Shown here piece after piece: positions 1 through 13,620 of a stretch of DNA of 64,000 nt (position 1 is its first letter; each line of letters opens with the position of its first letter). The position numbers and the translations under genes are program-made. The notes under the pieces were generated by a model, which worked only from the letters and a program-made list of their open reading frames with translations, had not been told where the DNA came from and did no database searches. Origin of the DNA: Octopus sinensis (lineage: Eukaryota); contig NC_043021.1 in the NCBI RefSeq assembly GCF_006345805.1, positions 5,332,001 to 5,396,000 on the forward strand, given 5' to 3'.

Positions 1-130
1 TCCAGCCATAGAAACATTGCCAGATCAGACTGGGCCTGGTGCAGCCTTCTGGCTTCCCAGACCCCAGTTGAACCGTCCAACCCATGCTAGCATGGAAAGC
101 GGACGCTAAACGATGATGATGATGATGATG
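1..130 (+). mobile_element. 3' end of retroposon family C, (GAT)n tail
   Basis: ...CCAACCCATGCTAGCATGGAAAGCGGACGCTAAAC followed by (GAT)n; same 3' end recurs near 8200, 16330, 18930, 32790, 57000. Confidence 0.8.
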
Positions 131-234
131 AACCTTCTTACAGGACATTATCTTCTGGACACAGATGTTATTTACCAGAGACTGAACAGAAAATAACAAA
201 AGGCAGTGATTATATATTTGAGAGGAAAACATGC

Positions 235-260
235 GCACACACACACACACACACACACAG

Positions 261-294
<34 letters not shown>

Positions 295-549
295 ACACAG
301 ACATACACACACACACACACACAGACACACACACAGACACACACACACACACACACACACAGACACACAACACACACAACACACACACAGACACACACAC
401 ACACACACAGAGACACACACACAGAGACACACACACAGACACACACACACAGACACACACACACAGACACACACACACAGACACACACACACAGACACAC
501 ACACACAGACACACACACACAGACACACACACACACACCACACACACAG

Positions 550-583
<34 letters not shown>

Positions 584-605
584 ACACACACACACACACA
601 CACCA

Positions 606-665
<60 letters not shown>

Positions 666-695
666 CACACACACACAACACACACACACACACAT
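235..695. repeat. Compound (CA)n/(CAGA)n microsatellite
   Basis: Visible in sequence; source of the spurious CV/HT ORFs at 172-866. Confidence 0.97.
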
Positions 696-1792
696 ATACT
701 CACTCATATTAACTCACTCTCACACTCACATGATATTTTTGTCCTACAAAGTTTTAAAATAATTTTCCCCCTGACCCTGACCCTTATTTGCCTGTCTGTT
801 GTCTTTGTTGCTTTGCAAACCCCCGGACACCCAATCTGCTTATGTAACTGTAGTTTCAAAAATTGATTGTTTTTGCTTTTGCCTTTTTTTTAATGAGTGA
901 ATGGCATTTCAAAAATTATGTATCATCACCATTGCCACTACCATTGCCTTCACCGTCATCACAACTGTTAGTATTCATCACCACTACTGCCTCCACCTTC
1001 AAGACCACTAGTATTATCACCACCACCACCACCACCACCATCATCAAGACCTAGTATCACCACCACCAACACTTCTATCATTATCAAGACCATTAGTACC
1101 TGTACTGACAGATCCCCCGCATTCATGTCTCAAACTTAGCTCTTCTTGAGGCCCACTATCCTGATATCTTCATTCTTTGTCATCTATGAACACACACACA
1201 CACACACACAACTCATCCTCTCTCTCCCTCCCCTTCTCTCTCCCATCCTCTATCTATCCCCTCTCTCTCCCACTCCTTGTTACTGAGAACAAATAGCATT
1301 TTGTTTGTTTTGTCTATCACACAATCATACTTGACTTGCACAATCAGCTCTCTCTCTCTCCCTCTCTCTCGCCCTCTCCCCCCTCTCTCTCTTTCTAGCT
1401 GATGCAATTAACCCTCTTGATATCACTCCACTTGAGATTGCCCCCTGGTTCTATGATAAAAACTTCCTGTTTTAATGTGACCTGAGTTGAAAGTTTCCAC
1501 CATAATTTCATGCTCTTATGTCCCAAATATCAACTTAACAACGATAAAGTTACTTTGCTAAATTATTGATTGTTTTCAAAATTAATTGAATCATGAGAAT
1601 TGGATCTCAACAGAAATGCATTAACAAAACAGTTGAAATCCAGTCAACATGCTCATGGCCATTTTGTACACTGAATGTCAACTTTACACATCCAATGTTC
1701 CATGCTTGCCTTATTCTTATCTGTTCTTTACAGACCAGTATTCAGTACCCTTGTCTCACTATAATGCAGCATCATATCTCTTAAATATTTTC

Positions 1793-2205
1793 ATAGGCGC
1801 AGGAGTGGCTGTGTGGTAATTAGCTTGTTTACCAACCACATGGTTCTGGGTTCAGTCCCACCGCGAGGCATCTTGAGCAAGTGTCTTCTACTATAGCCTC
1901 GGGCCGACCAAAGCCTTGTGAGTGGATTTGGTAGACGGAAACTGAAAGAAGCCTGTTGTATATATGTATATATATATATATATATGTGTGTGTTTGTGTG
2001 TCTGTGTTTGTCCTCCTAGCATTGCTTGACAACCGATGCTGGTGTGTTTACGTCCCCGTCACTTAGCGGTTCGGCAAAAGAGACCGATAGAATAAGTACT
2101 GGGCTTATAATGAATAAGTCCCGGGGTCAATTTGCTCGATTAAAGGCGGTGCTCCAGCATGGCCGCAGTCAAATGACTGAAACAAGTAAATGAGTAAAAG
2201 AGAGA
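1793..2205 (+). mobile_element. tRNA-derived SINE family A, full length
   Basis: Head TGGCTGTGTGG (A-box-like) and GGTTCAGTCCC (B-box-like), internal (TA)/(TG) tract, tail GGCGGTGCTCCAGCATGGCCGCAGTC...(GAGTAAAA)n; many copies in window. Confidence 0.88.
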
Positions 2206-3012
2206 GTAGAGTAGAAATCTTATGCAACATTTTTCCTGTGGAAAAAAGTTTGTGTGCATCATCATCATCATCATCATCATCATCATTTAACACTAATTGC
2301 ATAATGAGTATTATCATCAAATACTACATTACTTAAGGTAATTAATCTTTTGTGTATTCTTGTGTACACATTGAGAGATGATGATGAGTGTTTATAAACA
2401 TTAATTTCATTTGAGTATTGGTTGCAAGACATTTGCAGAGGCACGTGTGCATACGTAGTTTAATGAAAATAGTGCTTTGCCTAATGCATCAGTTTTTACA
2501 AGTGCATGGCTATGTGGTTAAAAAGTTTTCTTCCCAACCACACTGCTCCAGGTTCAGTTCTACTGCATGAATTATTGTGTTTCCATGGCATGAAACTGCT
2601 GGTAGCTCTTCTCTAATAACAGTGTATATCGGTTTCAAGTTTTGGCATGAGACCAGACGTTTGTGGGTGAGGAGGTAAGTTGATTACCTTGACCCCAGTG
2701 CTTAACTGGTACTTGTTTTATTGACTTTGAAAAGATGAAAGGCAAAGTCGACCTCAGTGGAATTTGAACTCAGAATGTAAAGATGGATGAAATGCTGCTA
2801 AGCATTTTGCCCAGTGTGCTAACAATTCTACCAGCTCACCATCTCAAGTACTGTGTATATTAAATGATATCTCTCACTGGATGGAGTACTTTTTTTGTTG
2901 TTCTTACCTATAACAGAACGGTAAATTGCATGCACGCACACACACACACAAAAAAACTTGGCACCTACTGTATTTTACCAGAATTGGTTTCTACAAGCCT
3001 ATGAAACTTTAA

Positions 3013-3233
3013 CACTTTAGTATTCGTATTATTCTGCCAAAATTAATGCTTTTTTATCCACATTGTTTTGAACTAATCATGCATTATCTTGTAGCTATGA
3101 GATTTTGATGAGGTAGCTCTTAATTTTTAAAACGATATTGTAGGGTTGGTGTGAGAGACCAGATCTGGCCAGTTTGAACATAAAACAGGCAGAATACTTT
3201 TGGCCGGATATGGCTGGTTTAAATGCTAAAGGG
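3013..3233. mobile_element. piggyBac-like MITE
   Basis: TTAA|cactttagtatt ... aatgctaaaggg|TTAA; related copies at 35643-36247 and ~43603-43829. Confidence 0.65.
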
Positions 3234-3699
3234 TTAAGTTGTGTATGGAGCTGAGGGTTTTATTCTGGCCACACCCATCACTACCATTTTAGTTTTCTCA
3301 GATACTCCCACCTACCCTCATATGACTGAAATGTAGCCATGTATCTACTCCATAGCAAGACACGTAAGCTTGTCCCTGGCATAAAATCTCTTCTGCACCC
3401 TCTCAAACACTATTTTCTCTTCCTCAATTGGAAGGGTTTTCCCCCATTTCCCTTTTCTTTTTCTTTTTTCTTGTTCTCTCCTGTCTTGCAAGTTACTTAG
3501 CATCCTCACTGGTGCTAGTGGCATGAAGAATGTATGTCCTACACTCTGTAAAGAGGTTGGCATTAGGAAGGGCATCCAATTGTAGGAACCATGTCAAGAA
3601 TGACATGGGGCACTTTCATCTGATCAAACTGTCCAACCTAGGCCAGCATGAAAAACATGTTAAATGATGATGGTATGTGCATGCAAGCCCATTACTTAT

Positions 3700-3925
3700 T
3701 TCTTTATTGCCCACAAGGGGCTAAACACAGAGTGGACAAACAAGGACAGACAAACGGATTAAGTCGATTACATCGACCTCAGTGCGCAACTGGTTCTTAA
3801 TTTATCGACCCCGAAAGGATGAAAGGCAAAGTCGACCTCGGCGGAATTTTAACTCAGAACGTAAAGACAGACGAAATACCAAGCATTTCGCTCGGTGTGC
3901 TAACATTTCTGCCAGCTTACCGCCT
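3700..3925 (-). mobile_element. SINE family B
   Basis: Reverse complement of GGCGAGCTGGCAGAAACGTTAGCAC...GAGTTCAAATTCCGCCGAGGTCGAC...AAAGAAATA family. Confidence 0.85.
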
Positions 3926-4294
3926 TCTTACTTACTACACCAAACACTAAGTCTGTTTCATGGAAACTGGATCGATAAATTGTGGAGATTCTTGTTACTT
4001 CGATTGATAAACCTGAGTGAACTTCTAAACAACAATCTGTACGTTGTTGTTGAAAGTGGATTTGCTGAAGTACTTTGAAGCTAAAGTACTTCAAGCTAAC
4101 AAAGAATCCTTAGCTTGACATATTAAAAATAGTAGCCAAACCTTCCTCATATCAAATGTTATTGTGTTAAAAGTAAGGAGACAGTAAATAACGTAAACCT
4201 AAAAAATGAAAAAATTTTAAATGCCTTTGGTCATACGTTTACTCAATCAGGGCTAACCTGGGGTTAAATAACAGTAAAGTACATCTTGGTAAGG

Positions 4295-4709
4295 TACTCT
4301 TTTTACTCTTTTACTTCTTTCAGTCATTTGACTGCGGCCATGCTGGAGCACCGCCTTTAATCGAGCAACTCGACCCCGGGACTTATTCTTTGTAAGCCCA
4401 GTACTTATTCTGTCGGTCTCTTTTTGCCGAACCGCTAAGTGATGGGAACATAAACACACCAGCATCGGTTGTCAAGCAATGCTAGGGGGACAAACACAGA
4501 CACACAAACACACACACACACATATATATATATATACATATATACGACGGGCTTCTTTCAGTTTCCATCTACCAAATCCACTCACAAGGCTTTGGTCGGC
4601 CCGAGGCTATAGTAGAAGACACTTGCCCAAGGTGCCACGCAGTGAGACTGAACCCAGAACCATGTGGTTGGTAAACAAGCTACTTACCACACAGCCACTC
4701 CTGCACCTA
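4295..4709 (-). mobile_element. SINE family A, full length
   Basis: Reverse complement of 1793-2205. Confidence 0.88.
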
Positions 4710-5370
4710 AGGTAGGTTATTACAATTTAGAAGTAAGTGTTCCTAATTAGCATCTAGTCTGGGACTGTGTATGTCTATCTTGGAGTAAGACAAGCGATGA
4801 TGATCAGAGATCAACCTGATCGAAACATCGAGGAGATAGATATAAAAGTATTGTAGATGTATGCACTTAAGATAAGGTTAATTAGTCTGGGAAATAATCA
4901 ATTTTGTAAACAACAAACTCATCACAGACATTTAATGAGAAATGTAATCAAGTGCTTGAGGAGCTTGCAGCCAGTGTGGTGAAGTAGAACTTAAAAAGTA
5001 AAATTGATGCGATTAATGGTTTAAAGTTGTGATTAAATTGTCCATAAAATTATAATCTTAATGATTCATCATCTAGTCAATTAGACGTTTAATTACCTTG
5101 GGAACAATTTTGAAAAAAGGTGTTCATTCATCTGGACTTGTCATGCTTATTCTTTGTGTGGCACAAAGCCACACCCATACATGTGCATACATGCACACGA
5201 CAGGCTTCCACACATTATCCATTTACCGAATTCGTGTACAAGCCCGGGGCTATTATAGAAGACACTTTCCCAAGGTGCCATGCAGCAGGATTGAACCTGA
5301 AACCACATGGTTGCAAAAGATTTTCTTAATCACATGACCATATGTTCTTGTTTATTCAAAGTTTGTTCAA

Positions 5371-5764
5371 TTACTCTTACTCTTTACTCTTTTACTTGTT
5401 TCAGTCATTTGACTGCGGCCATGCTGGAGCACCGCCTTTAATCGAGCAAATCGACTCCAGGAATTATTCTTTGTAAGCCCAGTACTTATTCTATCGGTCT
5501 CTTTTTGCCGAACCGCTAAGTAACGGGGACATAAACACACCAGCATCGGTTGTCAAGCAATGCTAGGGGGGACAAACACAGACAGACAAACACATATATA
5601 CATATACACGATGGGCTTCTTTCAGTTTCCGTCTACCAATTCCACTCACAAGGCTTTGGTCGGCCCGAGGCTATAGCAGAAGACACTTGCCCAAGGTGCC
5701 ACGCAGTGGGACTGAACCCGGAACCATGTGGTTGGTAAACAAGCTACTTACCACACAGCCACTC
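5371..5764 (-). mobile_element. SINE family A
   Basis: Reverse complement of family A; a further 3'-half copy at ~6230-6470. Confidence 0.86.
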
Positions 5765-7002
5765 GTTCATGTACATTAACATTTGTTCCTTTGTTTTGCG
5801 TTCCATCTCGGTTGTTTTGACTGGTTTTGAATAATGCCTAATATCCAAGACATAATTTATATCATGTGTGTTCTTTCTGTGAGCCTAATTTTTTTCTTTA
5901 TTAAACAAAAAAAAATGGCAAAAACAAAACTCAAACACTGAAACTACATCAACATGTTTGTAAAAATTAAATAATTTTAGTTGATGTGTGTTAATTTATT
6001 TAATCGTATCAATGTCACTAGGAGCCATATAATTTGCTTGAGGGTGTTTGGTTTCAGGAAAGTCAAAAAGACATTTCAGTAAAAATTAACAGTTGAAATT
6101 TCTGTCTGTTCGCTTGTGGTTTTGCCTCCTTTCAATACCAGCCTGTCTGAAACTGCTCCTGTTTTCTTCTTTTCTGTTTTTCCTTGACAGTCTACTCTTT
6201 CGTTAGCATATTTCTCTTGAAATATACCACCTTTACTCTTTTACTTGTTTCAGTCATTTGACTGCGGCCATGCTTGAGCACCGCCTTTAGTCGAGCAAAT
6301 CGACCCCAAGACTTATTCTTTGTAAGCCCAGTACTTATTCTATTGGTCTCTTTTGCCAAACCGCTAAGTGATGGGGACGTAAACACACCAGCATCAGTTG
6401 TCAAGCAATGCTAGGGGGACAAACACAGACACACAAACATATACACACACATACATATATATATATATGTAATCTTGGTGAGGTAATTTGGCTGCTATTT
6501 CTAACAGATGTAGCGACCACACAGTCTTGCTCATTGATTTGTTAATTTTTTAGGTTAATATATTGAGTGAAATATTCCATTTTGTTCTATTTTATGATGT
6601 AACAAAATGGGAGTGGAGGTGTATGTTTGCTCTAATCTTGTTTGAGACCATAACGTATACACCGGATTGTTTGGTTTTTCTAGGTGAAATCTTGTCTGTA
6701 TAATTTTCAGGATATGTCGTGTAAGTAAATTTGTACAGCCTTGCAGCCTGTAACGAGTTTCATTTGCTTATTGCCTGAAACAAGTAATATTGCTCATTTA
6801 GCAATCTTTTCTTTGTATACTGCCAGGCCTACTCTGGCTGATATGCTTTTCCACTATTGTGTAGTAAAATGAAACTACATATATCTATTACTGTATTGCA
6901 TGTATTTATCATTGCAATAATGGATCTCAAAGTACACAAATCTATAAGTAATAGCAGGTAAGTATTGGGTTAAGAGACCCTTATGGATAAAATTAATTTT
7001 CA

Positions 7003-7418
7003 ATAGGCATAGGAGTGGCTGTGTGGTAAGTAGCTTGTTTACCAACCACATGGTTCTGGGTTCAGTCCCACTGCATGGCATCTTGGGCAAGTGTCTTCTA
7101 CTATAGCCTCGGGCCGACCAAAGCCTTGTGAGTGGATTTGGTAGACGGAAAACTGAAAGAAGCCTGTCGCATATATGTATATCTATATGTGTATGTGTGT
7201 ATATGTTTGTGTGTCTGTATTTGTCTCCCCAACATCGCTTGACAACCGATGCTGGTGTGTTTACGTCTCTGTAACTTAGCAGTTTGGCAAAAGAGACCGA
7301 TAGAATAAGTACTAGGCTTACAAAGAATAAGTCCTGGGGTCGATTTGCTTGACTAAAGGTGGTGCTCCAGCATGGCCGCAGTCAAATGACTGAAAGAAGT
7401 CAAAGAGTAAAGAGTAAT
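7003..7418 (+). mobile_element. SINE family A, full length
   Basis: Matches 1793-2205. Confidence 0.88.
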
Positions 7419-7614
7419 GCAATATTTACATGCTGTTATTTACAGCTTTATGTGTGCTTCGAGATCCACTATTCCAAAGAAGAATCATAGAATTATTTTA
7501 TGTTCTCTTGAAAGTTTGTAAAATTGTTATTATGTTAACAATATATTATATATTGTCCTAGTCTAAAACCAAAGAAGCCTGATGTGTATATGTTTAAGTA
7601 TATATATGTATAAG

Positions 7615-8290
7615 TACTGTGCAGGTGGAAAGTGAAGAAACACCATTTCGACCCTGTGCTTGAGGAGATCCATTGAGTCAAGTACACCAACATCAAAATC
7701 AATGGAAACTTCAGTTGTGATCCCTGTGCAGGTGGCACGTAAAAAGCACCATCTGAATGTTGCCGATGCCAGCACCACCTAGACTGGCTTCCGTGCTAGT
7801 GGCATGTAAAAAGCACTATCCGAATTGTGACCGATGCCAGTGCCGCCTTGACTGGCTTCCGTGCCAGTGGCACGTAAAATGCACCAATCCGATCGTGGCC
7901 GTTTCCAGACTCCCCTGGCACCTGTGCTGGTGGCACGTAAAAAGCACCCACTACACTCACGGAGTGGTTGGCGTTAGGAAGGGCATCCAGCTGTAGAAAC
8001 ACTGCCAGATCAGACTGCAACCCTGTGCTTGAGGAGATCCATTGAGTCAAGTACACCAACATCAAAATCAATGGAAACTTCAGTTGTGATCCCTGTGCTG
8101 GTGGCACGTAAAAAGCACCCACTACACTCATGGAGTGGTTGGCGTTAGGAAGAGCATCCAGCTGTAGAAACACTGCGAGATCAGACTGGAGCCTGGTGCA
8201 GCCTTCTGGCTTCCCAGATCCCCGGTCGAACCGTCCAACCCATGCTAGCATGGAAAGCAGATGTTAAACGATGAGGATGATGATGATAAG
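7615..8290 (+). mobile_element. Retroposon family C with internal duplication
   Basis: Repeated GGCACGTAAAAAGCACC units, GTTGGCGTTAGGAAGGGCATCC block twice, (GAT)n tail. Confidence 0.8.
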
Positions 8291-8599
8291 TACGTATATG
8301 TGTGTGAGTGTGTGTATGTTTGTGTCTCCTTGTCTTGACATCACATGATAATTGTAAATAAGTGTCACGGTCATACAAGCAACGTCATTCATTTCCGATA
8401 TTCTGCAATGATATTTTTGGCTTTAGCACAACATGACCCCTATTTGGAAATAGGGGTGCTTGGCAATAGGAAGGGCATCAGGCTGTAGGAGATCTACCTG
8501 AATTGAAACTGGTACTGCACAAACAAGTTATGCAGGTTGTTCAGCAAAAACTGAACACTCATACATTATCTTTGACAGGAGATTCCGTCATCTCTCTCT

Positions 8600-9125
8600 C
8601 CATATTCAAGCCTCTTCTCCTTATCTCCTCAAAGACATACAGCATCTTGAAAGAGTCCAGAAGCTGGCTACCCGCATGGTTCTTGGTTTCAAGCATTTGT
8701 CTTATGAAGAAAGGCTGAAGACGCTCGACCTTTTTTCTCTCGAAAAACGACGACACCGTGGTGATCTCATTCTCGCTCACAACATCATAAGCAGAAAGTG
8801 TAACCTCTCGAAAGAGCTGTTCTTCACTCCTGCTCCAGTGCGTGGGCTGCGGGGTCACTCCGAAAAGCTCTATCTGCGACAATTTCATCTCAATTAAAGG
8901 AGAGGGGCTTTCTCTGTCTGGGTTGTGGATCATTGAATAAGCTGCCGGACGAGATAGTGAAGATGCCGACGACCGCTCGGTTCAAAGTCTCTCTTGACCA
9001 GAAATGGCCTGAACTCTTTGTATGAACACCCTCCCGGTACATAACTCCATGTCCCCCTACATGGCCTTGCTTTTTGAGCCAAATTAAATTAAATTAAAAA
9101 TAAAAAGAAATTAAATAAATTAAAT
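8600..9125 (+). mobile_element. CR1-clade LINE, 5'-truncated ORF2 C-terminus plus 3' UTR
   Basis: KDIQHLERVQKLATRMVLGFKHLSYEERLKTLDLFSLEKRRHRGDLILAHNII...LRGHSEKLY; typical CR1 RT C-terminal motifs; (TTAAA)n tail. Confidence 0.88.
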
Positions 9126-9280
9126 ATACATAAACACATGCACACCATCGTCATCATCATTTGACATCCATTTTCCATGCTGGCATGGGTTGGACTGTTT
9201 TACAGGAGCTATCCAGCTGAAGAGCTACTCAGGCTCCATGGCTGGTTTGGCATGGTTTATATATATTTATATATATATAA

Positions 9281-9592
9281 GTGGAGGCGCAATGGCCTAG
9301 TGGTTAGGGCAGCGGACTCGCGGTCGTAGGATCGCGGTTTCGATCCCTAGACCGAGCGTTGTGAGTGTTTATTGAGCAAAAACACCTAAAAGCTCCACGA
9401 GGCTCTGGCAGGGGGTGGTGATCCCTGCTGTACTCTTTCACCACAACTTTCTCTCACTCTTTCTTCTGTTGGCCTGCTCGCTTAAGCCAGCGGGGTGGCG
9501 TCATTTGAAGGCTAAAACAATGCGAACGCATTGTGACCAGCGATGTGTAACTACATCTGATAGGCTGGTCGGTCATGGTGATCACGGTGATA
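9281..9592 (+). mobile_element. tRNA(Arg-like)-derived SINE family D
   Basis: GGAGGCGCAATGGCCTAGTGGTTAGGGCAGCGGACTCGCGGTCG...GGTTTCGATCCC with A/B boxes; other copies 46301-46598(-), ~51914-52027(-), ~57480-57621(+). Confidence 0.85.
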
Positions 9593-11464
9593 TATATATA
9601 TATATATGGTAGAGAGAGAAAGGAGGACAAAGAGGAAGCAATAAAAGATAAAAAGCAAAAAGCTAACGTGGGCTAGAATCAAAAAGTTATATTTCCTGTT
9701 TATACCATACTTAGATTTATCAATTCTGCTTCTGGTTTCCTTCATTTTAATACAGTAATTTATAATCTTATATGGTTTATGTCTTGCCATTAGATCATTT
9801 TACCGTTATCCTATACGTGGGAACTTAATTTATTTCTCTGAACACTTTTCGAGAAGGCAGATTTTGAAAGAGAAAGAAAATCAAATAAACTTTAATTGCA
9901 CGTTTAAGTTTTATTTCTACTTTTAACTTTACTACACATGTTGTACTAGATTAGAGTTTTGAGGGGCTTAAGTCTTTAAAATTTAGTTACGTTTTTTAAT
10001 TAAAATAAATGTTTGACTAATTCTGAAAAATTAGAACCTAGAAGTTTAATGAAAATTAGTTTAAAAAAAAAAATTCCAACCAAAATGAAAAAAGGTTTAA
10101 TTTAAAAGTAATCCTTTTTATTCAAGCTAAGTAATAAATGGTTAGAGAAGAAAATCTAATTTAGGGCAAGAGAGAAAGAGATGAGGGTTTATGGAGGGGT
10201 GGGAAGGAATAAGGAAAGTAATAGATATGTGGGCGAGATCTGTTTTTAAGGACTGTTTCTTCTTTGTTTACTCAACGTGGGGCCCATAAAGACATTTTGT
10301 ATGTTCGTCTTACCTTGTAGGAGAGAAATTTATTTTACATGAAAGATACCATTAATTAGTGGCAGTGAAATTATATTGACAGCAATTAATCTTTTAGTCT
10401 TGTTAAATATGGCTATCGTTAATGAAAACTTTGGAGGAAAATTGCAGATAAACTGATGAGAAGAGATGGGGATAGAGAGAGGGGTGTGGAGGGTAGGTAG
10501 GTGAGGGAAAAAGAAGAGGGGAGGTAGAGCAAGAGAGAGAAAGGTAGAAAAGAGTGGGGAGAGAGAGAGGGGGGGACAGCAAAAGCAAGACAGAAGGATG
10601 GTGTAGGAGAGAGAGAAATGGCAGATTAAGACTGGAAGTGATGTTGGGGTGGCCATGATAGTAATGGAGTTGGTGATGGTGCAGTTAGGTCTGTAATGCA
10701 TCAACATAACCCTCTCTATATTTTTGGAACTAAAGTTGTCGTCCTCCTCTCAAGTGTAGAAATGTTAAAAGTTAGAAGACATCCACACCATATACCAAGG
10801 ATTTAGGGGATCAGGTGTATTAAAATTGCCCCTTTCCTTGATTCTTTATTAAAACTTATGACACCCTAATGGTAAAGTTATTTTTGCTCTGTATAATTCA
10901 TGCAGTTCCCATTGATTATAATTCTCTTTTGAGTATTGACTCCTAACATGCTATTAACCCCATCCCAGTTGTATATTATTAATTAAGTTTCCAGTGATTT
11001 GTATTTATGACGCACTTGGTTCCTGGTTTGAGGTACAGGAGTGAATGTGGTAAGAACATGGTTCCAGGTTCAGTCCCATAATGTGGCACCTTGGACAACT
11101 CATTTTTGCCAGATGAGTGGACTGGAGCAATGTGAAATAAAATGTCTTGCTCAAGGACACAACACACTGCTGGGAATTGATCTCATGACCTTCACAACTT
11201 GAATACACTAACCACAAAGCATGTGCCTTCGTGCTAAGAGGTTAAGCTAAAGATTAGCATACGTTTTACCTGAGAGGGCCTGCAAGGGTCATGGGCTGAG
11301 GCTCTTCCTTCAATGTCAGCAAGTAGAACATGCACACACAAAAAATACAACCCATGTCACCTTTTTTCCTATTTGCAGGGAGTCCAAGACTGCATTAGAA
11401 TGTTGTAGATGACAAATGAGGTTTTTTGCTGTATTTGTCTCAATTCTTCAGATGAATGTCTTGT

Positions 11465-12300
11465 GTTAGAACTGCAATGCTGCATGGGAGTGAAACATGA
11501 GGCTTGAATGTAGAGGATGTGAGACGGCTGGAGAGAAAATGGGATCTTTTCGGTTTGAACGGCAGTTTTTTCTAGTGGTATCATACGAAATTGTCACCCA
11601 TAATTATGACCCTAGTATCGATCTATTGCATTTCAATCTGTTTTAGGGTGAGGGTTGGTTAAAGTTAGGGTATCTTTTTTCTTCAGAAATGTAAATAAAC
11701 CCAATCTGTTTCTTAAACGAGGGACATATTCATACAGCACAGAATGTTTTCACCTCAATAGACGTCATTGATTGGTTGAAATTGCAGAAATTGAAGAAAA
11801 AAACAACAAATATCTTGCAACTTATAGAATTTTCTCAATAAAGCCAAGAGAAAAAGATGTTTTATAAACACATTCTACCAGTATACGAAGTTTAAAAGTG
11901 CTTAGTTACTTGGAAATTATTTAAAAAAAACTGCCGGTCAAACTGAAAAGATCCAGAAAATGAAGCAAGGATGTTCTGTTGGATGTGCAGTGCAAGTGTG
12001 TTTGAGCGACTTAGTATAAAATGTGTCAAGAGACAAACTGGGTGTGAAGGGAATCAGAGGTAGTGTGCAAGAAAGAAGACTGAATTAGTATGAACATGTG
12101 ATGTGAATGGATGAGGATAGCTGTATAAAAAAAAGTGCTGACCATGAAACATAGTTGGAGCTTGTGGAAAAGGGAGACCCAGGAAGATATAGGATGAAGT
12201 GGTGAAGGTTGACTGTAGAACCCTGAGCCTCATAGAGGAAATGACAAAGGGATGTCTGGTAATTTGTGGTTCTTTAGAAGAACTGCTTATTGCTATTAAA
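11465..12300 (+). mobile_element. RTE-clade LINE 3' fragment, split by a MITE
   Basis: VRTAMLHGSET...VEDVRRLE before the MITE, resuming ...GCAVQV/CVQERRL...GRPRK...DEVVKVDCRTLSL after it (frameshifted, with stops). Confidence 0.7.
11542..11954. mobile_element. 413-bp MITE, ~30-bp TIRs, 8-bp TSD (Merlin-like GG termini)
   Basis: Left TIR GGATCTTTTCGGTTTGAACGGCAGTTTTTT; right end reverse-complements to GGATCTTTTCAGTTTGACCGGCAGTTTTTT; AGAAAATG at 11534-11541 and 11955-11962. Confidence 0.85.
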
Positions 12301-12363
12301 CTAACTTCTGGAAGCGCTATGCATGTGTGTGTGTGTGTATGTATGTATATATGCATGTGTGTG

Positions 12364-12394
<31 letters not shown>

Positions 12395-13582
12395 ATGTGA
12401 ATAAATTGGCACATCACCTAATCCTCTGCTTCATATCTCACCACCATCTCCCACTGCAGTTCTTCCCCTGATATCACTCTATTTCTTTTTTGCTACTTGA
12501 AACCATTTCACTTGTTAGTCATTCAGGATTTATTTTTAAGGCTGGCACTTATTCCATCAGTGTCTTTTACTGAACTGCTAAGTTACAAGGATGTAAACAA
12601 ACCAACGTCTGTTGTCAAACAATGGGGATGAGGTCACAAACATATAAAGACACATACATATAGACACTCACACACACACACATGATGGGCTTCCACATAG
12701 TTTCCATTTACCAAATTCACTCACAAGGTATTGGTTGCCCAAGGTGTTGTGCTATGGGACTGAACCTGACACGACATGATTGCAAAGTTAGCTTATTAAC
12801 CACACTATCATACCTGAATATATTTTTCTCTTTTCCTCAATACTATGTCTTCATTACATTTCAATCTTTTGATTTCCGGCAGTCATCATATTTTTGTTGT
12901 TCTTATTGTTGTGCAGAAAGTTTAGAAGTATTTTTGTTGTTGTTGTTTCTGTTGTAGTTGTTGTTTTCATTGCAAGGAGGAAATTTTTTTCCTTCTTGCC
13001 AGCCATGGATGTTATCCAATGAAAAACACCAGAGTACTCAAAAATGGTGAGGCTGTATCATATTTATATCTTTGTTATCACATAGTCATAATTTGATAGA
13101 TAGATTGAAATATATATATATATATGTGTGTGTGTGTGTATCTGCGTGTGGTGTGTGTGTATCTGTGTGTGTGTGTATCTGTGTGTGTGTGTGTGTGTGT
13201 ATCTGTGTGTGTGTTTATTTACTCTTTTATCCTGATACAGGTTTCAGGCGCTTGTTTGTTGCGTGGCCTTGCTGGAGCACCAAAGTGTAAAAATAAAATA
13301 TTGCTTATCAGTGATAATAGTAGTCAACAAATTTATGTAACTTGATTATTAAAAGACTTATTTCCATCCAAGAGGAGGGCAGAAGGATGAGAATAGGCAA
13401 AGGAGAAAGAGGGAGGGAATGTGAGAACAAGAGCAAGAAGGATGTCAAGGAAGTGAGCAATGAGGGTGGGGGGGGGTGGAGCTCACAGAAAACGCCTGTC
13501 TTGTGACACATGCATGTGTGTGTGAATATATGTGCATATATGTACATGTACATATGCACACATTTTTCTGTGTTGGTATTGG

Positions 13583-13620
<38 letters not shown>

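Noticed and set aside
172-866. Long Cys/Val- and His/Thr-rich ORFs
   Set aside because: Translations of a (CA)n microsatellite; the same applies to ORFs at 16.0-16.9, 19.3-21.5, 30.9-31.6 and 61.6-62.1 kb.
6686-6728. Plus-strand micro-exon candidates ending cgt|GTAAGT
   Set aside because: Splice-like motifs alone, with no recognisable peptide or linked exon; expected by chance in AT-rich DNA.
9281-9360. Apparent tRNA-Arg gene
   Set aside because: Runs into a ~230-bp body shared with other copies, one with a TSD; it is a SINE head, not a clean cloverleaf.
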